Position numbers and translations under genes: made by a program. From Candidatus Thorarchaeota archaeon (GTDB lineage: Archaea; Asgardarchaeota; Thorarchaeia; Thorarchaeales; Thorarchaeaceae), in NCBI GenBank assembly GCA_029855935.1, contig JAGSHN010000016.1, positions 96,001-160,000 on the forward strand: 64,000 bases of DNA. Direction: 5' to 3'. How positions within the stretch are numbered: the first letter of the stretch is position 1; the number at the start of each line of letters is the position of its first letter. Of the stretch, positions 38,922 to 48,238 are shown one piece after another. Below the pieces are notes generated by a model. It saw only the letters and a list, made by a program, of their open reading frames with translations, had not been told where the DNA came from and made no database searches.

Positions 38922-39263
38922 CTAGTACGACGCCTGCTCGACCCTCCACTCACCGTCCTCAATCACAAGATGGATTGGCACCGGACTGCCCCTCAACGAG
39001 CCGTCGCGATTGTGTCTCTTGAAGAACAGTTTGCAGTAGCCCTCTCGCTGCTCTGCTACGCGGTCAAACGTGTAGTATACACCGTACTCCTCGTAGTAGT
39101 GGCGTCCGGTCTTCCACCAATAGTCGGGCGAGTTACCCCATACCTGATTGAGGGCGCCCTCCTTGTTGGACTTCGTGAGGGTCTCGGCCCACTTCTTGAT
39201 ATCATCCTGCTGAAGCAGGTCGTAGTGGCGCTGTGCGACCTTTATGGCATCCTCTACGGACAT
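38922..39263 (-). CDS. Hypothetical protein (possibly NTF2-like)
   Basis: Clean ORF with typical codon usage, ending in LVIEDGEWRV. Confidence 0.65.
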   Translation of the reverse strand: MSVEDAIKVAQRHYDLLQQDDIKKWAETLTKSNKEGALNQVWGNSPDYWWKTGRHYYEEYGVYYTFDRVAEQREGYCKLFFKRHNRDGSLRGSPVPIHLVIEDGEWRVEQASY

Positions 39264-39444
39264 CGGACTATCCTCTCCTTGTGTAGATGGTCATGCTCAA
39301 GTCCAGATAAGGCTAGTTCCTACGGACCGCTCACGACATCACGTTGACCCCAACAAAAGGAGATGGGAACGGGCTCAGCAGGTCGTGTCCTCCCCGCTGA
39401 CGCCCGTCTCGTCTTCACTCCACCCGGAGTGTGGTCTGTTGACA

Positions 39445-40290
39445 TCAGATTGGCAGGTGCAGAAGCGTGAACAGGCCTATCATCTTCAGACCCATGTAGA
39501 TCATCACAATGATGAAGATCCACTTCAGCGCCTTCGCGTTGATCTTATGCGCAACGTGCGCACCGACCTGCGCCATCGGGACGCTGGTGCCTGCCAGTAG
39601 TATCCACTGCAGCAGGTTGACGTAGCCGATTGAGAACGCTGGCAGTCCTGCCACGCCAAGACCAAGAACCATGTAGCTGATTGCCCCGCCCAGCGATGTG
39701 AAGATCATCATTGCCGTTGATGTTCCCACAGCCTCGTGCATATGGAAACGGAGGAGAATCACCATCACAGGGACTGCCAATACGCCACCACCGATTCCGA
39801 TGAGCCCTGTCACGAAGCCCAGCACGGCGCCCGCGAGCACATAGGCGAGGTCGTTCTGGTTGACCTCCCCCTCAACACGCAGAGGCTTCGCGGTCATCAT
39901 CCGAATTGACCCCAGAAGAATTGCTGACCCGAAGATGATCTTCAGCACCTCGCCGGGGAGCAGAGACGCCACAAATGCCCCCGAGAAACTGGCAATGGCG
40001 CCAACGACTCCCATTATGATGGCCTGCCTCCAGAGCACCGCTCCCTTCTTGCTATGTCTGTACGAGCCACTCAACGCCGTTGGGAGGACAACCAGTAGGT
40101 TCGTCCCAAACGAGACAAGAATGGCTATCTTGGGGTCGATGCCCATCGCCAGCAGGATGTAGTACTGGACGGGTATCATTATGAAACACCCGCCGACTCC
40201 CAGCATACCCGAGACCGCGCCAACAGCAATCCCGGTGATCAGCAGGGCAACCATATAGATCAGTTCCATCTCTGTCACCCGTTGACTCAT
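39445..40290 (-). CDS. Sulfite exporter TauE/SafE family protein
   Basis: Duplicated GMLGVGG / GLIGIGGG motifs; AVGTS. Confidence 0.88.
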   Translation of the reverse strand: MSQRVTEMELIYMVALLITGIAVGAVSGMLGVGGCFIMIPVQYYILLAMGIDPKIAILVSFGTNLLVVLPTALSGSYRHSKKGAVLWRQAIIMGVVGAIASFSGAFVASLLPGEVLKIIFGSAILLGSIRMMTAKPLRVEGEVNQNDLAYVLAGAVLGFVTGLIGIGGGVLAVPVMVILLRFHMHEAVGTSTAMMIFTSLGGAISYMVLGLGVAGLPAFSIGYVNLLQWILLAGTSVPMAQVGAHVAHKINAKALKWIFIIVMIYMGLKMIGLFTLLHLPI

Positions 40291-40512
40291 GCTTTCCAGT
40301 ATCGAGCGTCCGCCCACGCCACTCATCTGACGGTGGGCATCACCTGTCCGCGATAGCGAAATATTTCAATATTGTGATAGAATGACACACATCGCCAACA
40401 GGTCTGAGCTCACTGTCAGAACGGGCGGACAGGGAACTGGACTGGCTAGCTTGGCGACGTGGAACGGTCCAGTGCGCCCACTTCCGTTCTTCTGTCGACC
40501 CCGGACGGCCTC

Positions 40513-41244
40513 TCACGCGATTGTGATGATATCTCCCGCCGTGAGTCCGAGAACGCTGGCAGCGGATCCCTCGCGGAGGGACACCTCAAGAGTCCCTGCG
40601 CTGCCGGTGACCAGGAACAGCTCTCCGAAGGAGGCATCAGAATAGGTCCGATGCCACCTCATTTCCCGTTCCGTACCCTTGTACCTGATGACGTACTGGG
40701 TCTTGTCCATCGGTGGCAGATTTGTCACGATGTTCCCGAAGCGGTCGACGCGTACGACCTGTCCCTCGCGCCCCTCGAGGTGAAATTCCAGCGGCGTGGT
40801 CAGTGTCTCTGCATATGACTCGAGCAGGCGACCGACACCGCCAGCGTAGAGGTAGGCAGCAGCTGGTGCAAAGACATCCCGGCCGTGGAATGTGTGTGAG
40901 CCCCCCTCATCGACCTTGATCCTGAATATCTGTTCGATACCATCCTCTGTTGCTGCAGGATACAGGACTCCATTGTCCGGGCCCACAAAGTGGTAGTTCT
41001 TGGTCTTGACGAGGACCGCCGGACGCTCCGTTCCCACCCCGGGATCGACGACGACAACGAAGATGGTGCGATGCGGGAAGTACTTGTAGCTGCTCTTCAG
41101 CACCCAAGCGCCCTCGACTATCGAGTGTGGCGAGATGGAGTGGGTGAGATCTACTATCGGGACCTCCGTACAGATTGTACGGATGATGCCCTTCATGACG
41201 CCAACGTATTCCGACTCGCCAAAGTCAGTGAGAAGTACTATCAT
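40513..41244 (-). CDS. SAM hydrolase / chlorinase-fluorinase family (DUF62)
   Basis: LLTDFG, VVDPGVGT, GPDNG, TFHGRDVFAP, DRFGN. Confidence 0.92.
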   Translation of the reverse strand: MIVLLTDFGESEYVGVMKGIIRTICTEVPIVDLTHSISPHSIVEGAWVLKSSYKYFPHRTIFVVVVDPGVGTERPAVLVKTKNYHFVGPDNGVLYPAATEDGIEQIFRIKVDEGGSHTFHGRDVFAPAAAYLYAGGVGRLLESYAETLTTPLEFHLEGREGQVVRVDRFGNIVTNLPPMDKTQYVIRYKGTEREMRWHRTYSDASFGELFLVTGSAGTLEVSLREGSAASVLGLTAGDIITIA

Positions 41245-41305
41245 TCTGACACCAACCCGGATGATCTTCTCTCTCACGGCACGGTACAGAATGACACAGC
41301 ACTAC

Positions 41306-42442
41306 CTATTCTACTTTTACCAGACGGACCTCGTTATAGTCGGTGAACACGCGGATGTATCCCCTCAGCATCTCATCGACCTCGGAGTCGCCAGTGTCTA
41401 CCTTCAGAGTCTTGTCCTCTATCCCGGCCAGCTTGCTTGGCGTACATATCACCCAGATGTGGTCCTTCCCCACGAGTCTGATGATGCGGGGGCTGATCTG
41501 TTGGTTGCCCCTTCCGAAGAGCATTCCCTGATGTCCGATGGGCGAGACGACTATCCATGTCTTCTCAGGATTGGTGACGAGTCTGAGGAGCTGCTCCTCG
41601 TTGACGTCGTTGTAGACCTTGCCGGCCTGATACACGTCCACGCCCAGTGTTGTCTTCTTTATTCCCAGCAGGTCTGCAACGGTCTTTACGGTGGTGCCCG
41701 GCCCGAGGATGTAGGTGCCGTCCTTCTCCATACTGTCGATGATGTACCTGGCGATGGCCTCCTGTGCCTCGTGTTCGTCAACGGTCTCGGGGCTTGCCTG
41801 CTTCGCGCCCTGAAACCGTGCCGGGACGGCAGGACCCTTCAGATAGCCGTACAGCCGGATGATGAACCTGTCTTCTCGGAAGGCCTCCTCGTCGGCGTCC
41901 ATCACCTCGAACTCTGCGGCTGTCGCAGTCCCCTCAGCAACGAGGCCCACCACCTCTGCGGCATCAGAGGGGTTTACGACGAAGATACCAGAGTACATCT
42001 TGACGCCCGATGGAACACCGATGACCATCAGATCATCGAGATCGTTCTCCTGCACAGCATCAAGTATGTCCCTTGCGGTGCCGTCGCCGCCGACGAAGAC
42101 GAGCAGCCGGACCCCCGCCTCATAGAGCGCAACAACGCATCTCTTTGTGTCGTCTGCTGATGTCTTCTCTGGAATATCCACGTCTATGACCTCGGAGGAG
42201 AGGCCGCAGTCTCGGGTCACATCTGCGCCCATTGGCCGCGGACATGTGACGAGGCGTATGTCCACGTCTCGATAGGCGAGCGTTGACTCCAGTGCATTGA
42301 GAAACTCCCGCGCCCGGCCGGGTGCCACGGGCTTTGCGCCGCGTCTGATTGCCTCTTCGACCACGCCGTCAGTGCCCTTCAGGCCCACGCGACCACCCAT
42401 GCCTGCTATGGGGTTGACAAGGAGTCCAACCGTCAAGCTCAT
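41306..42442 (-). CDS. ATP-NAD kinase (AcoX-like) family protein
   Basis: NPIAGMGGRVGLKGTDG, GGDGTARD, GVKMYSG, GRGNQQIS, VDTGD. Confidence 0.88.
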   Translation of the reverse strand: MSLTVGLLVNPIAGMGGRVGLKGTDGVVEEAIRRGAKPVAPGRAREFLNALESTLAYRDVDIRLVTCPRPMGADVTRDCGLSSEVIDVDIPEKTSADDTKRCVVALYEAGVRLLVFVGGDGTARDILDAVQENDLDDLMVIGVPSGVKMYSGIFVVNPSDAAEVVGLVAEGTATAAEFEVMDADEEAFREDRFIIRLYGYLKGPAVPARFQGAKQASPETVDEHEAQEAIARYIIDSMEKDGTYILGPGTTVKTVADLLGIKKTTLGVDVYQAGKVYNDVNEEQLLRLVTNPEKTWIVVSPIGHQGMLFGRGNQQISPRIIRLVGKDHIWVICTPSKLAGIEDKTLKVDTGDSEVDEMLRGYIRVFTDYNEVRLVKVE

Positions 42443-42501
42443 CCTGCGTTCACCGTCCCTCTGGGACCTATCGTTTCGGCTATAGTACTTCCGATAGGTG
42501 T

Positions 42502-43320
42502 TCATAGCTCACCCAGTTCGCTGAGGCAGGTGCGCAGTACCTGGTAGCCCTCGATCGCCATGTCTCTTGCAGTCTCGTGGTCCTTGAGGCCCGACAGGAA
42601 GAGGTCCCATCCGCGTTCGTAGAACGCAAGATAGTGATTGGCGACGATACCCATCCCCTCGTTCTCAAGCTCATCGAGGACGCGACTGCGGTTCAACCTC
42701 CAGACCGCCACAGGGTCGGCCTGGACTTGGGTCAGCAGTCGGAATGGCGTCAGCGCGACGTGCCCTGCCAGGTCCAGTATCAGATAGAGCAGGTCGGTCC
42801 CCGTCGCAGAGGCAAGTCTGTCAGGAAGGTCTCTCAGATAGCCCTCCTCCTGTTCGAGTCTCCAGCGGTCGACATATCGCACTCTCTCGGGCGGTGGCTC
42901 AGGCAGCTCCGGGAGCGATCCTATCACTGGTCGTATCTCGTCAGGTTGAGGCGGGACATACCACTCCTCCCTCATCAGGCTGTTTATCACCCTCATATGG
43001 GTCCGCGGATGATGCAGGGGGGCCGGCTCCAGTCTTGCGAACGTCTCCTCGTGCTGACGTGATAATGCCCGCGCCACGGTCAGGGGGTCAGACGAGGTCA
43101 CAAGGCGGTCGTCTTCATCTGACAGTATGAGATCGATATCGACGTCGCTGATGACCGGGACGTAGTCAATTGGCGAGTCCCACCTCTTGACGGCCGACCC
43201 CTTTGCGAACATACAGGCGATGCGCCCACCGAGCTGATTCCTGAGGGTCTCCGACCACGCCTGAATGCAGACCCTGATGTCGTGTCGAGCCCGCTTGTGA
43301 AGTGATGAGTAGTCGGCCAT
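42502..43320 (-). CDS. Putative pol-beta superfamily nucleotidyltransferase
   Basis: FAKGSAV...ISDVDIDLI (GS...DxD motif). Confidence 0.6.
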   Translation of the reverse strand: MADYSSLHKRARHDIRVCIQAWSETLRNQLGGRIACMFAKGSAVKRWDSPIDYVPVISDVDIDLILSDEDDRLVTSSDPLTVARALSRQHEETFARLEPAPLHHPRTHMRVINSLMREEWYVPPQPDEIRPVIGSLPELPEPPPERVRYVDRWRLEQEEGYLRDLPDRLASATGTDLLYLILDLAGHVALTPFRLLTQVQADPVAVWRLNRSRVLDELENEGMGIVANHYLAFYERGWDLFLSGLKDHETARDMAIEGYQVLRTCLSELGEL

Positions 43321-43366
43321 CAGGTCCCCTCTACTCGTGCCCATATGAAATCTGTATCGACTGGCG

Positions 43367-43954
43367 TCAGTCCGCGAGCAGCGCTCCTACCTCGGCTGCG
43401 GCACCTATCCAGAAGGCGACCCGCAACAGGAGCGCCTCAAGGAATCTGTCCTTGTCCTGTGGCGTCACATCCTTTGGCCATCTGGTGCTGCGATACTCGT
43501 TGAACTCGTTGAAGGTCTTTCCGTACTTGGTGGTCAGAGGCAGTCTGACGCGACGGTTACAGACCGTGTTGAGAGCGCGGACGAACAGCACAAAGTCAGG
43601 CTCCAGTCGCATCAGCCACTTCCTCATCGCGGGGAAGAACGCTCTCTGGTCAGTCTCATCCCAGGGCAGTGCCTTGAGTCTCTCTCTGTCACGACCGTCA
43701 ATTCTCTCGCTGTTGGTCCTACAGTTCTTCGAGTGTGTACATCTTGCCCGTACCCAGACTGTGTTATCGGATAGCCATACCGCGATCTCATGATTGCCCA
43801 GCGAACGCATCATCTGCTTGTGCTGTCCCGCCGGTAGAATCAGTTCGACAACCCGTTGGTCCTTCAGGCGCCCGCCGTGCTCTCGGTACAGATCGAGGGC
43901 CCACGCCACTGCAGGAATGGTGTTGACGCCGTAATACGTGTCGGGGTTCGGCAT
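43367..43954 (-). CDS. Hypothetical protein, translationally coupled to the Rab-like gene
   Basis: 195-aa ORF whose ATG overlaps the upstream TAA (TAATG). Confidence 0.75.
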   Translation of the reverse strand: MPNPDTYYGVNTIPAVAWALDLYREHGGRLKDQRVVELILPAGQHKQMMRSLGNHEIAVWLSDNTVWVRARCTHSKNCRTNSERIDGRDRERLKALPWDETDQRAFFPAMRKWLMRLEPDFVLFVRALNTVCNRRVRLPLTTKYGKTFNEFNEYRSTRWPKDVTPQDKDRFLEALLLRVAFWIGAAAEVGALLAD

Positions 43955-44508
43955 TATGCTCCAAACTCGGTTGTCTTCCGTCGTGCCTCAATCAGTATCT
44001 TGGCGAGCTCCTCGAAGACATCGAGAATTCCCTCGCCCGTCTTTGCAGAGGACTCCACGTAGGGCATACCGTGCCTCTCGGCGTAGGCACGGCCCTCCTC
44101 CGTCGTCACGACACGGTCGGGCAGGTCAGTCTTGTTGGCGACCAGCACAAGTGGGATTCTCTTTCCAACCGCCTTGTCGAGCTCCTCAAGCCATTCGTCA
44201 AGGACCATGAACGTTCTTCTTCGTGTGACATCGTATACGAGTAGTCCTCCACTGGAGCCGCGGTAGTACATAGGCCTGAGGATCTGGAAACGCGACTGTC
44301 CCGCGACGTCCCATATCTGAAGCTTCACCGTGAAGTTCCCGGAGTCGGTGGCAACCTCGATGTTCTTGACCGCGAACTGACTACCTATAGTCGTCCGATA
44401 GTCCGTCCGGAAGAAACCGTGTGAGAAACGGGTGACAATCGCCGTCTTCCCGACCGCTCCTTCTCCCAGCACAACCACCTTGAATAGATAGTCATAGGTA
44501 CTGCTCAT
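43954..44508 (-). CDS. Rab-like small GTPase
   Basis: YDYLFK, GEGAVGKT, TIGSQF, KLQIWDVAGQ, YYRG, LVYDVT, NKTD, ESSAK. Confidence 0.93.
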   Translation of the reverse strand: MSSTYDYLFKVVVLGEGAVGKTAIVTRFSHGFFRTDYRTTIGSQFAVKNIEVATDSGNFTVKLQIWDVAGQSRFQILRPMYYRGSSGGLLVYDVTRRRTFMVLDEWLEELDKAVGKRIPLVLVANKTDLPDRVVTTEEGRAYAERHGMPYVESSAKTGEGILDVFEELAKILIEARRKTTEFGA

Positions 44509-44645
44509 TGGCTCCTTGCCACCTTTGGTTATGTCACGGGACTCTCATCCGTTTGGGCGTCTTCCACATTAATAATCTTTTGTGGCCGTCATTCTGCGCG
44601 AGAGGGCCTCTCGTGACAATCTTGCCGTCCAGTTCAGAGGCTCTC

Positions 44646-45455
44646 TCACTGAGGTCTGACTTCGACACCACGGTCCACCCAGTGCAGGAACTCACGTAGA
44701 AGACGGTTGAACTCTCTCGGCTGCTGCACCATTGGACAGTGGTCACTGTCTCTCACAAGAGCGATGTCGGCCCGTGGCAGGGCCTTGGTCAGCTGTTCGG
44801 CCACAACACGCGGGATTATGTCATCGTCAGTGCCGTGGATGACGAAGACGGGGATGTCAATCTCAGGCAGTCGGTCCTGAATGCTAAACCTGTCGCACGC
44901 GCGAAGGTCGCGCTGGACCATCTCGGGATGAGCGCGCTTGGCCTCTTCCTCCTCTCTCAGGATCTTGAACGCGAGCGACTCGCTTCCTGTCAGCATCCCG
45001 CGGATCAGTCCGAAGTATGTCTCGACAGTCTCTATCAGCAGACCAGGGGCGAGCCGGCTCAGGTCGAGGTCTGCAGAGGTGTCAACAAGTGCCATAGCGT
45101 GAGGCATTCTTGCGGGCCTGTTGAGAACGTAGGCCATAGCCACACCTCCCCCCATCGAGTGACCGACAAGCACAAAGTCGTTGAGCATCAGATGTTCAAT
45201 AAGCGCCTCGAGCTCACGCGCACAGTTCTCTGAGATGTCCACCTCCTCCTCTGGCGGCAGGTCTGAGTTTCCGTGTCCGGACAGATCAGGTGCGATGACT
45301 CTCCTCTCCCTGCTGAACTCCTCAATCTGCAGTGTCCAGATGGCGTGCGATGAACCGGCTCCGTGGACGAACATCACGGGAACGCCACAGTCCTCCCCGC
45401 ATCTTGCAACGTCAACATAGTAGAGCCTCAGCCCCTCATAGTCGAAGAACGGCAT
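44646..45455 (-). CDS. Alpha/beta hydrolase
   Basis: HGAG, DLSGHG, GHSMGG, DD, H catalytic triad. Confidence 0.9.
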   Translation of the reverse strand: MPFFDYEGLRLYYVDVARCGEDCGVPVMFVHGAGSSHAIWTLQIEEFSRERRVIAPDLSGHGNSDLPPEEEVDISENCARELEALIEHLMLNDFVLVGHSMGGGVAMAYVLNRPARMPHAMALVDTSADLDLSRLAPGLLIETVETYFGLIRGMLTGSESLAFKILREEEEAKRAHPEMVQRDLRACDRFSIQDRLPEIDIPVFVIHGTDDDIIPRVVAEQLTKALPRADIALVRDSDHCPMVQQPREFNRLLREFLHWVDRGVEVRPQ

Positions 45456-45566
45456 ATCCTTCACTCCATCTCTGGTAAGCCAGCTGGTACTCATATCTAT
45501 CGGCGACGTATTCTCACGTGAGAGTTACCTTTTTGTCTGCAGAGTCACCTGAGATGCTGAGCCACG

Positions 45567-46964
45567 ATGACCGGCAAGCTGTTTGGAACGACCGGAGTCA
45601 GAAAGGTCTACGGGACAGAGTTCGATATCGAGATGGCACTGAGGCTGGGTAAGGCTCTTGGCACGTATCTGAAGGAGGGCACCGTGCTGATGGCGCGCGA
45701 CGCCCGGACGACAGGCCTGATGATCGAGTCGGCATTGGCCGCAGGCCTGATGTCAACAGGCGTCAATGTGGTCCGTGCAGGAATGGTCCCAACACCGACA
45801 CTGGCGTTTGGCACGAAGTTTCACGGCCTCACTGCTGGTGTGATGATCACGGCCTCCCACAACCCTCCTGAGTACACCGGCGTGAAGTTCTGGCAGGGCG
45901 ACTCAATGGGCTTTTCTCCGGAGCGTGAACGCGAGATTGAGGCGATATACAACAGTGGTGAGTTCAAGACCGCACCGTGGGACAGCCTCGGGACCGAGTC
46001 GCAGATCGACACGCTCGTAGAGGACCATATCTCCGAGATTCTCTCCAGATGCGATGCTGATACAATCCGGTCGCGTGAATTCCGTGTGGTCGTCGACCCT
46101 GGCAACGGCGCTGCCTCCGTGCTCACACCCTATCTTCTGCGTCGCTTGGGCTGCGACGTGATCAGTCTGAACAGCCAGCCCGACGGTACGTTTCCCGGGC
46201 GTCCGTCAGAACCTGATGAGTCCACACTCGGTGACCTCGTCAATACTGTTCGTGCGACCGGGGCTGATCTTGGTGTGGCACATGACGGCGACTCTGACCG
46301 CGTGGTGTTTGTCACGGGCAAGGGCGAGATTATCAGAGGGGACCGGACAATAGCTCTTCTCGCCCGCGAGATGCTTCGGTTGCAGAGCAGTGGTGATGAC
46401 AGGGATGGTACGATAGTCACCACCGTGGACAGCTCACGTGTCCTTGATGAGGCGGTTGCAAATGCGGGAGGTCGGACGATTCGCACGCCCGTCGGCGACA
46501 TTCAGGTCGCCATCAAGGTGAGAGAGACGAACGCACTACTCGGTGGTGAGGCGTGTGGCGTCTTTATATTCCCTGAGTTCCATCTCGCCCCTGAGCCTTT
46601 CCTCGCCGTGTGCAGGGTCCTCGAGACAATGGCCCGTTCCGGAGAGAGCTTTGACTCGCTGATCTCTACAATCCCAGTATACCCGCTCAGGAAGACGAAG
46701 TTGTCCTGTCCGAACGAGCATAAGGCTGCTGTGATGAAACGTCTGACCGAGATGGTCCCATCGGAGATGGAGGGCGTGTCCGATGTGATCACGGTGGACG
46801 GTGTTGGCGTCGTGCTGTCAGATGGCTGGGTACTCATTCGCCCCTCCGGGACAGAGCCAGTCATCAGGATAACCTGTGAGGCCTCTACAGACAAGGCTGT
46901 CGAGAGCATAGTCGCTGCTGCCGCCAGACTTGTCGAGCGTGCGATACGCGAGACTGTCGGATGA
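45567..46964 (+). CDS. glmM: Phosphoglucosamine mutase / phosphohexomutase
   Basis: FGTTGVR, TASHNP, DGDSDR, GGE, RPSGTEP. Confidence 0.85.
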   Translation: MTGKLFGTTGVRKVYGTEFDIEMALRLGKALGTYLKEGTVLMARDARTTGLMIESALAAGLMSTGVNVVRAGMVPTPTLAFGTKFHGLTAGVMITASHNPPEYTGVKFWQGDSMGFSPEREREIEAIYNSGEFKTAPWDSLGTESQIDTLVEDHISEILSRCDADTIRSREFRVVVDPGNGAASVLTPYLLRRLGCDVISLNSQPDGTFPGRPSEPDESTLGDLVNTVRATGADLGVAHDGDSDRVVFVTGKGEIIRGDRTIALLAREMLRLQSSGDDRDGTIVTTVDSSRVLDEAVANAGGRTIRTPVGDIQVAIKVRETNALLGGEACGVFIFPEFHLAPEPFLAVCRVLETMARSGESFDSLISTIPVYPLRKTKLSCPNEHKAAVMKRLTEMVPSEMEGVSDVITVDGVGVVLSDGWVLIRPSGTEPVIRITCEASTDKAVESIVAAAARLVERAIRETVG

Positions 46965-47024
46965 GACGCCAACAATGTTTATAGCATCACCTCCCCTGCC
47001 AAGTGTGATAACGGGGCCTACGTC

Positions 47025-47441
47025 ATGAGCGAAGATGATGACTTCATCAAGGAAGAGTTCGAGTGGGCGCTGAAAGATCCCACAGAGGAGAAGCTCAGGA
47101 GCCTTGGTGAGGTGGTCAGCACCATCACCAAGAAGCTCGTCGAGGCGATAAGTGAGCTTCAGAATGATGTCTATCAGCTCCAGACACAGCTCCAGAGCCT
47201 GCAGTCCAAGATGAGCAGTCTTGAGAACAGGATGGCAACTGTGCGCGCTGCTCCGGCTGCGGCGGGCGGCGGTGCTGCTGCGAAGGCCCCGGAGGCAGCT
47301 CCGACCTCCGCACCGGCAGTTGCTGCAGCTGCTGCGCCCAAGGCACCTCCGCCACGTGCACCCTCCGGACCGATGGCTATGATGGGCGAGCTGAAGGCGC
47401 TCCTTGCAGCTCGGCGGAGAAAGGCCGAGGGTGGCGAGTGA
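47025..47441 (+). CDS. Coiled-coil / Ala-Pro-rich protein with C-terminal Ena/VASP FAB- or WH2-like motif
   Basis: Heptad LVEAISELQNDVYQLQTQLQSLQSKMSSLE; APPPRAPSGP; MMGELKALLAARRRKA; TATA-like TTTATA at ~46978. Confidence 0.7.
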   Translation: MSEDDDFIKEEFEWALKDPTEEKLRSLGEVVSTITKKLVEAISELQNDVYQLQTQLQSLQSKMSSLENRMATVRAAPAAAGGGAAAKAPEAAPTSAPAVAAAAAPKAPPPRAPSGPMAMMGELKALLAARRRKAEGGE

Positions 47442-47479
47442 GCAAGCGGGTGTTGAACCTGCAAATCAGCCTGAATTGA

Positions 47480-48151
47480 TCAGAGCAGAGTCTGCACACT
47501 GTTCTGATGGTAGAACGGTCCCGCGTGACGCGGGAGGTACACTGTGAATGCCTCCGCCCTGTCGCAGGCGGCTTGCACGCCCCTGAGCCTAGTTCTCGCA
47601 TCGTACAGGCGTGGATAGAAGCCTCCAGCCTTCTCCACCTGCGACTGGTGCTGTCTGAGTGCGTCGAGGGCAGTGTCGTAGCTGCTGGTGATGTCCACCA
47701 TCACGTTGGGATGAGTGATCAGCGAGTTGATCTCCATAAAGTAGACTCTCTCCACCCTGTGGGCATCATCGTACTGGGTGACGTGGGACGCCCACTCGAC
47801 TGCCTCGACCACCACTCTCGAGGTCTCCACATGCGCTCTGTTGTAGTCATCCTGAGAGTGGGTCATCACTATCTGTGGACGTGTCCGGATGATTGCATCT
47901 GCGACCTCTCTCACGAGCGCGAGACTGATGTCAAAGTCATCTCTCTCACTGGTCAGCACCAGATCCGCACCCAGTCTCCTGCAGGCTGCCCTGAGCTCTG
48001 CATTTCGCTGTTCGTTGCCCGTCAGGCAGAGGACGCCAACACGGTGTCCACAAGTCGTGTGGTTGGCTATGGTGCCTCCCGCTCCTATGCATTCATCGTC
48101 GGGATGAGCGCATACAACAAGGATTGACTGCTCGACCGGCTCGTCGGCCAT
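47480..48151 (-). CDS. bshB1: PIG-L family deacetylase, BshB1-like
   Basis: AHPDDE...GGTI, R..E...A, NRAH, QHQSQ, AEAF; divergent from bshA. Confidence 0.75.
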   Translation of the reverse strand: MADEPVEQSILVVCAHPDDECIGAGGTIANHTTCGHRVGVLCLTGNEQRNAELRAACRRLGADLVLTSERDDFDISLALVREVADAIIRTRPQIVMTHSQDDYNRAHVETSRVVVEAVEWASHVTQYDDAHRVERVYFMEINSLITHPNVMVDITSSYDTALDALRQHQSQVEKAGGFYPRLYDARTRLRGVQAACDRAEAFTVYLPRHAGPFYHQNSVQTLL

Positions 48152-48238
48152 AGTGAGATCCTTGTCAAGCGCACAAATCAGTTTACCTAATTCGGCTCCT
48201 TTATCTTGGCTATCATCGACCCTTGGTGGGTGCCCTCG

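Noticed and set aside
41135-42160. 341-aa plus-strand ORF and similar long shadow ORFs (e.g. 37241-38002, 57343-58059)
   Set aside because: Antisense to well-supported genes; expected in GC-rich coding DNA.
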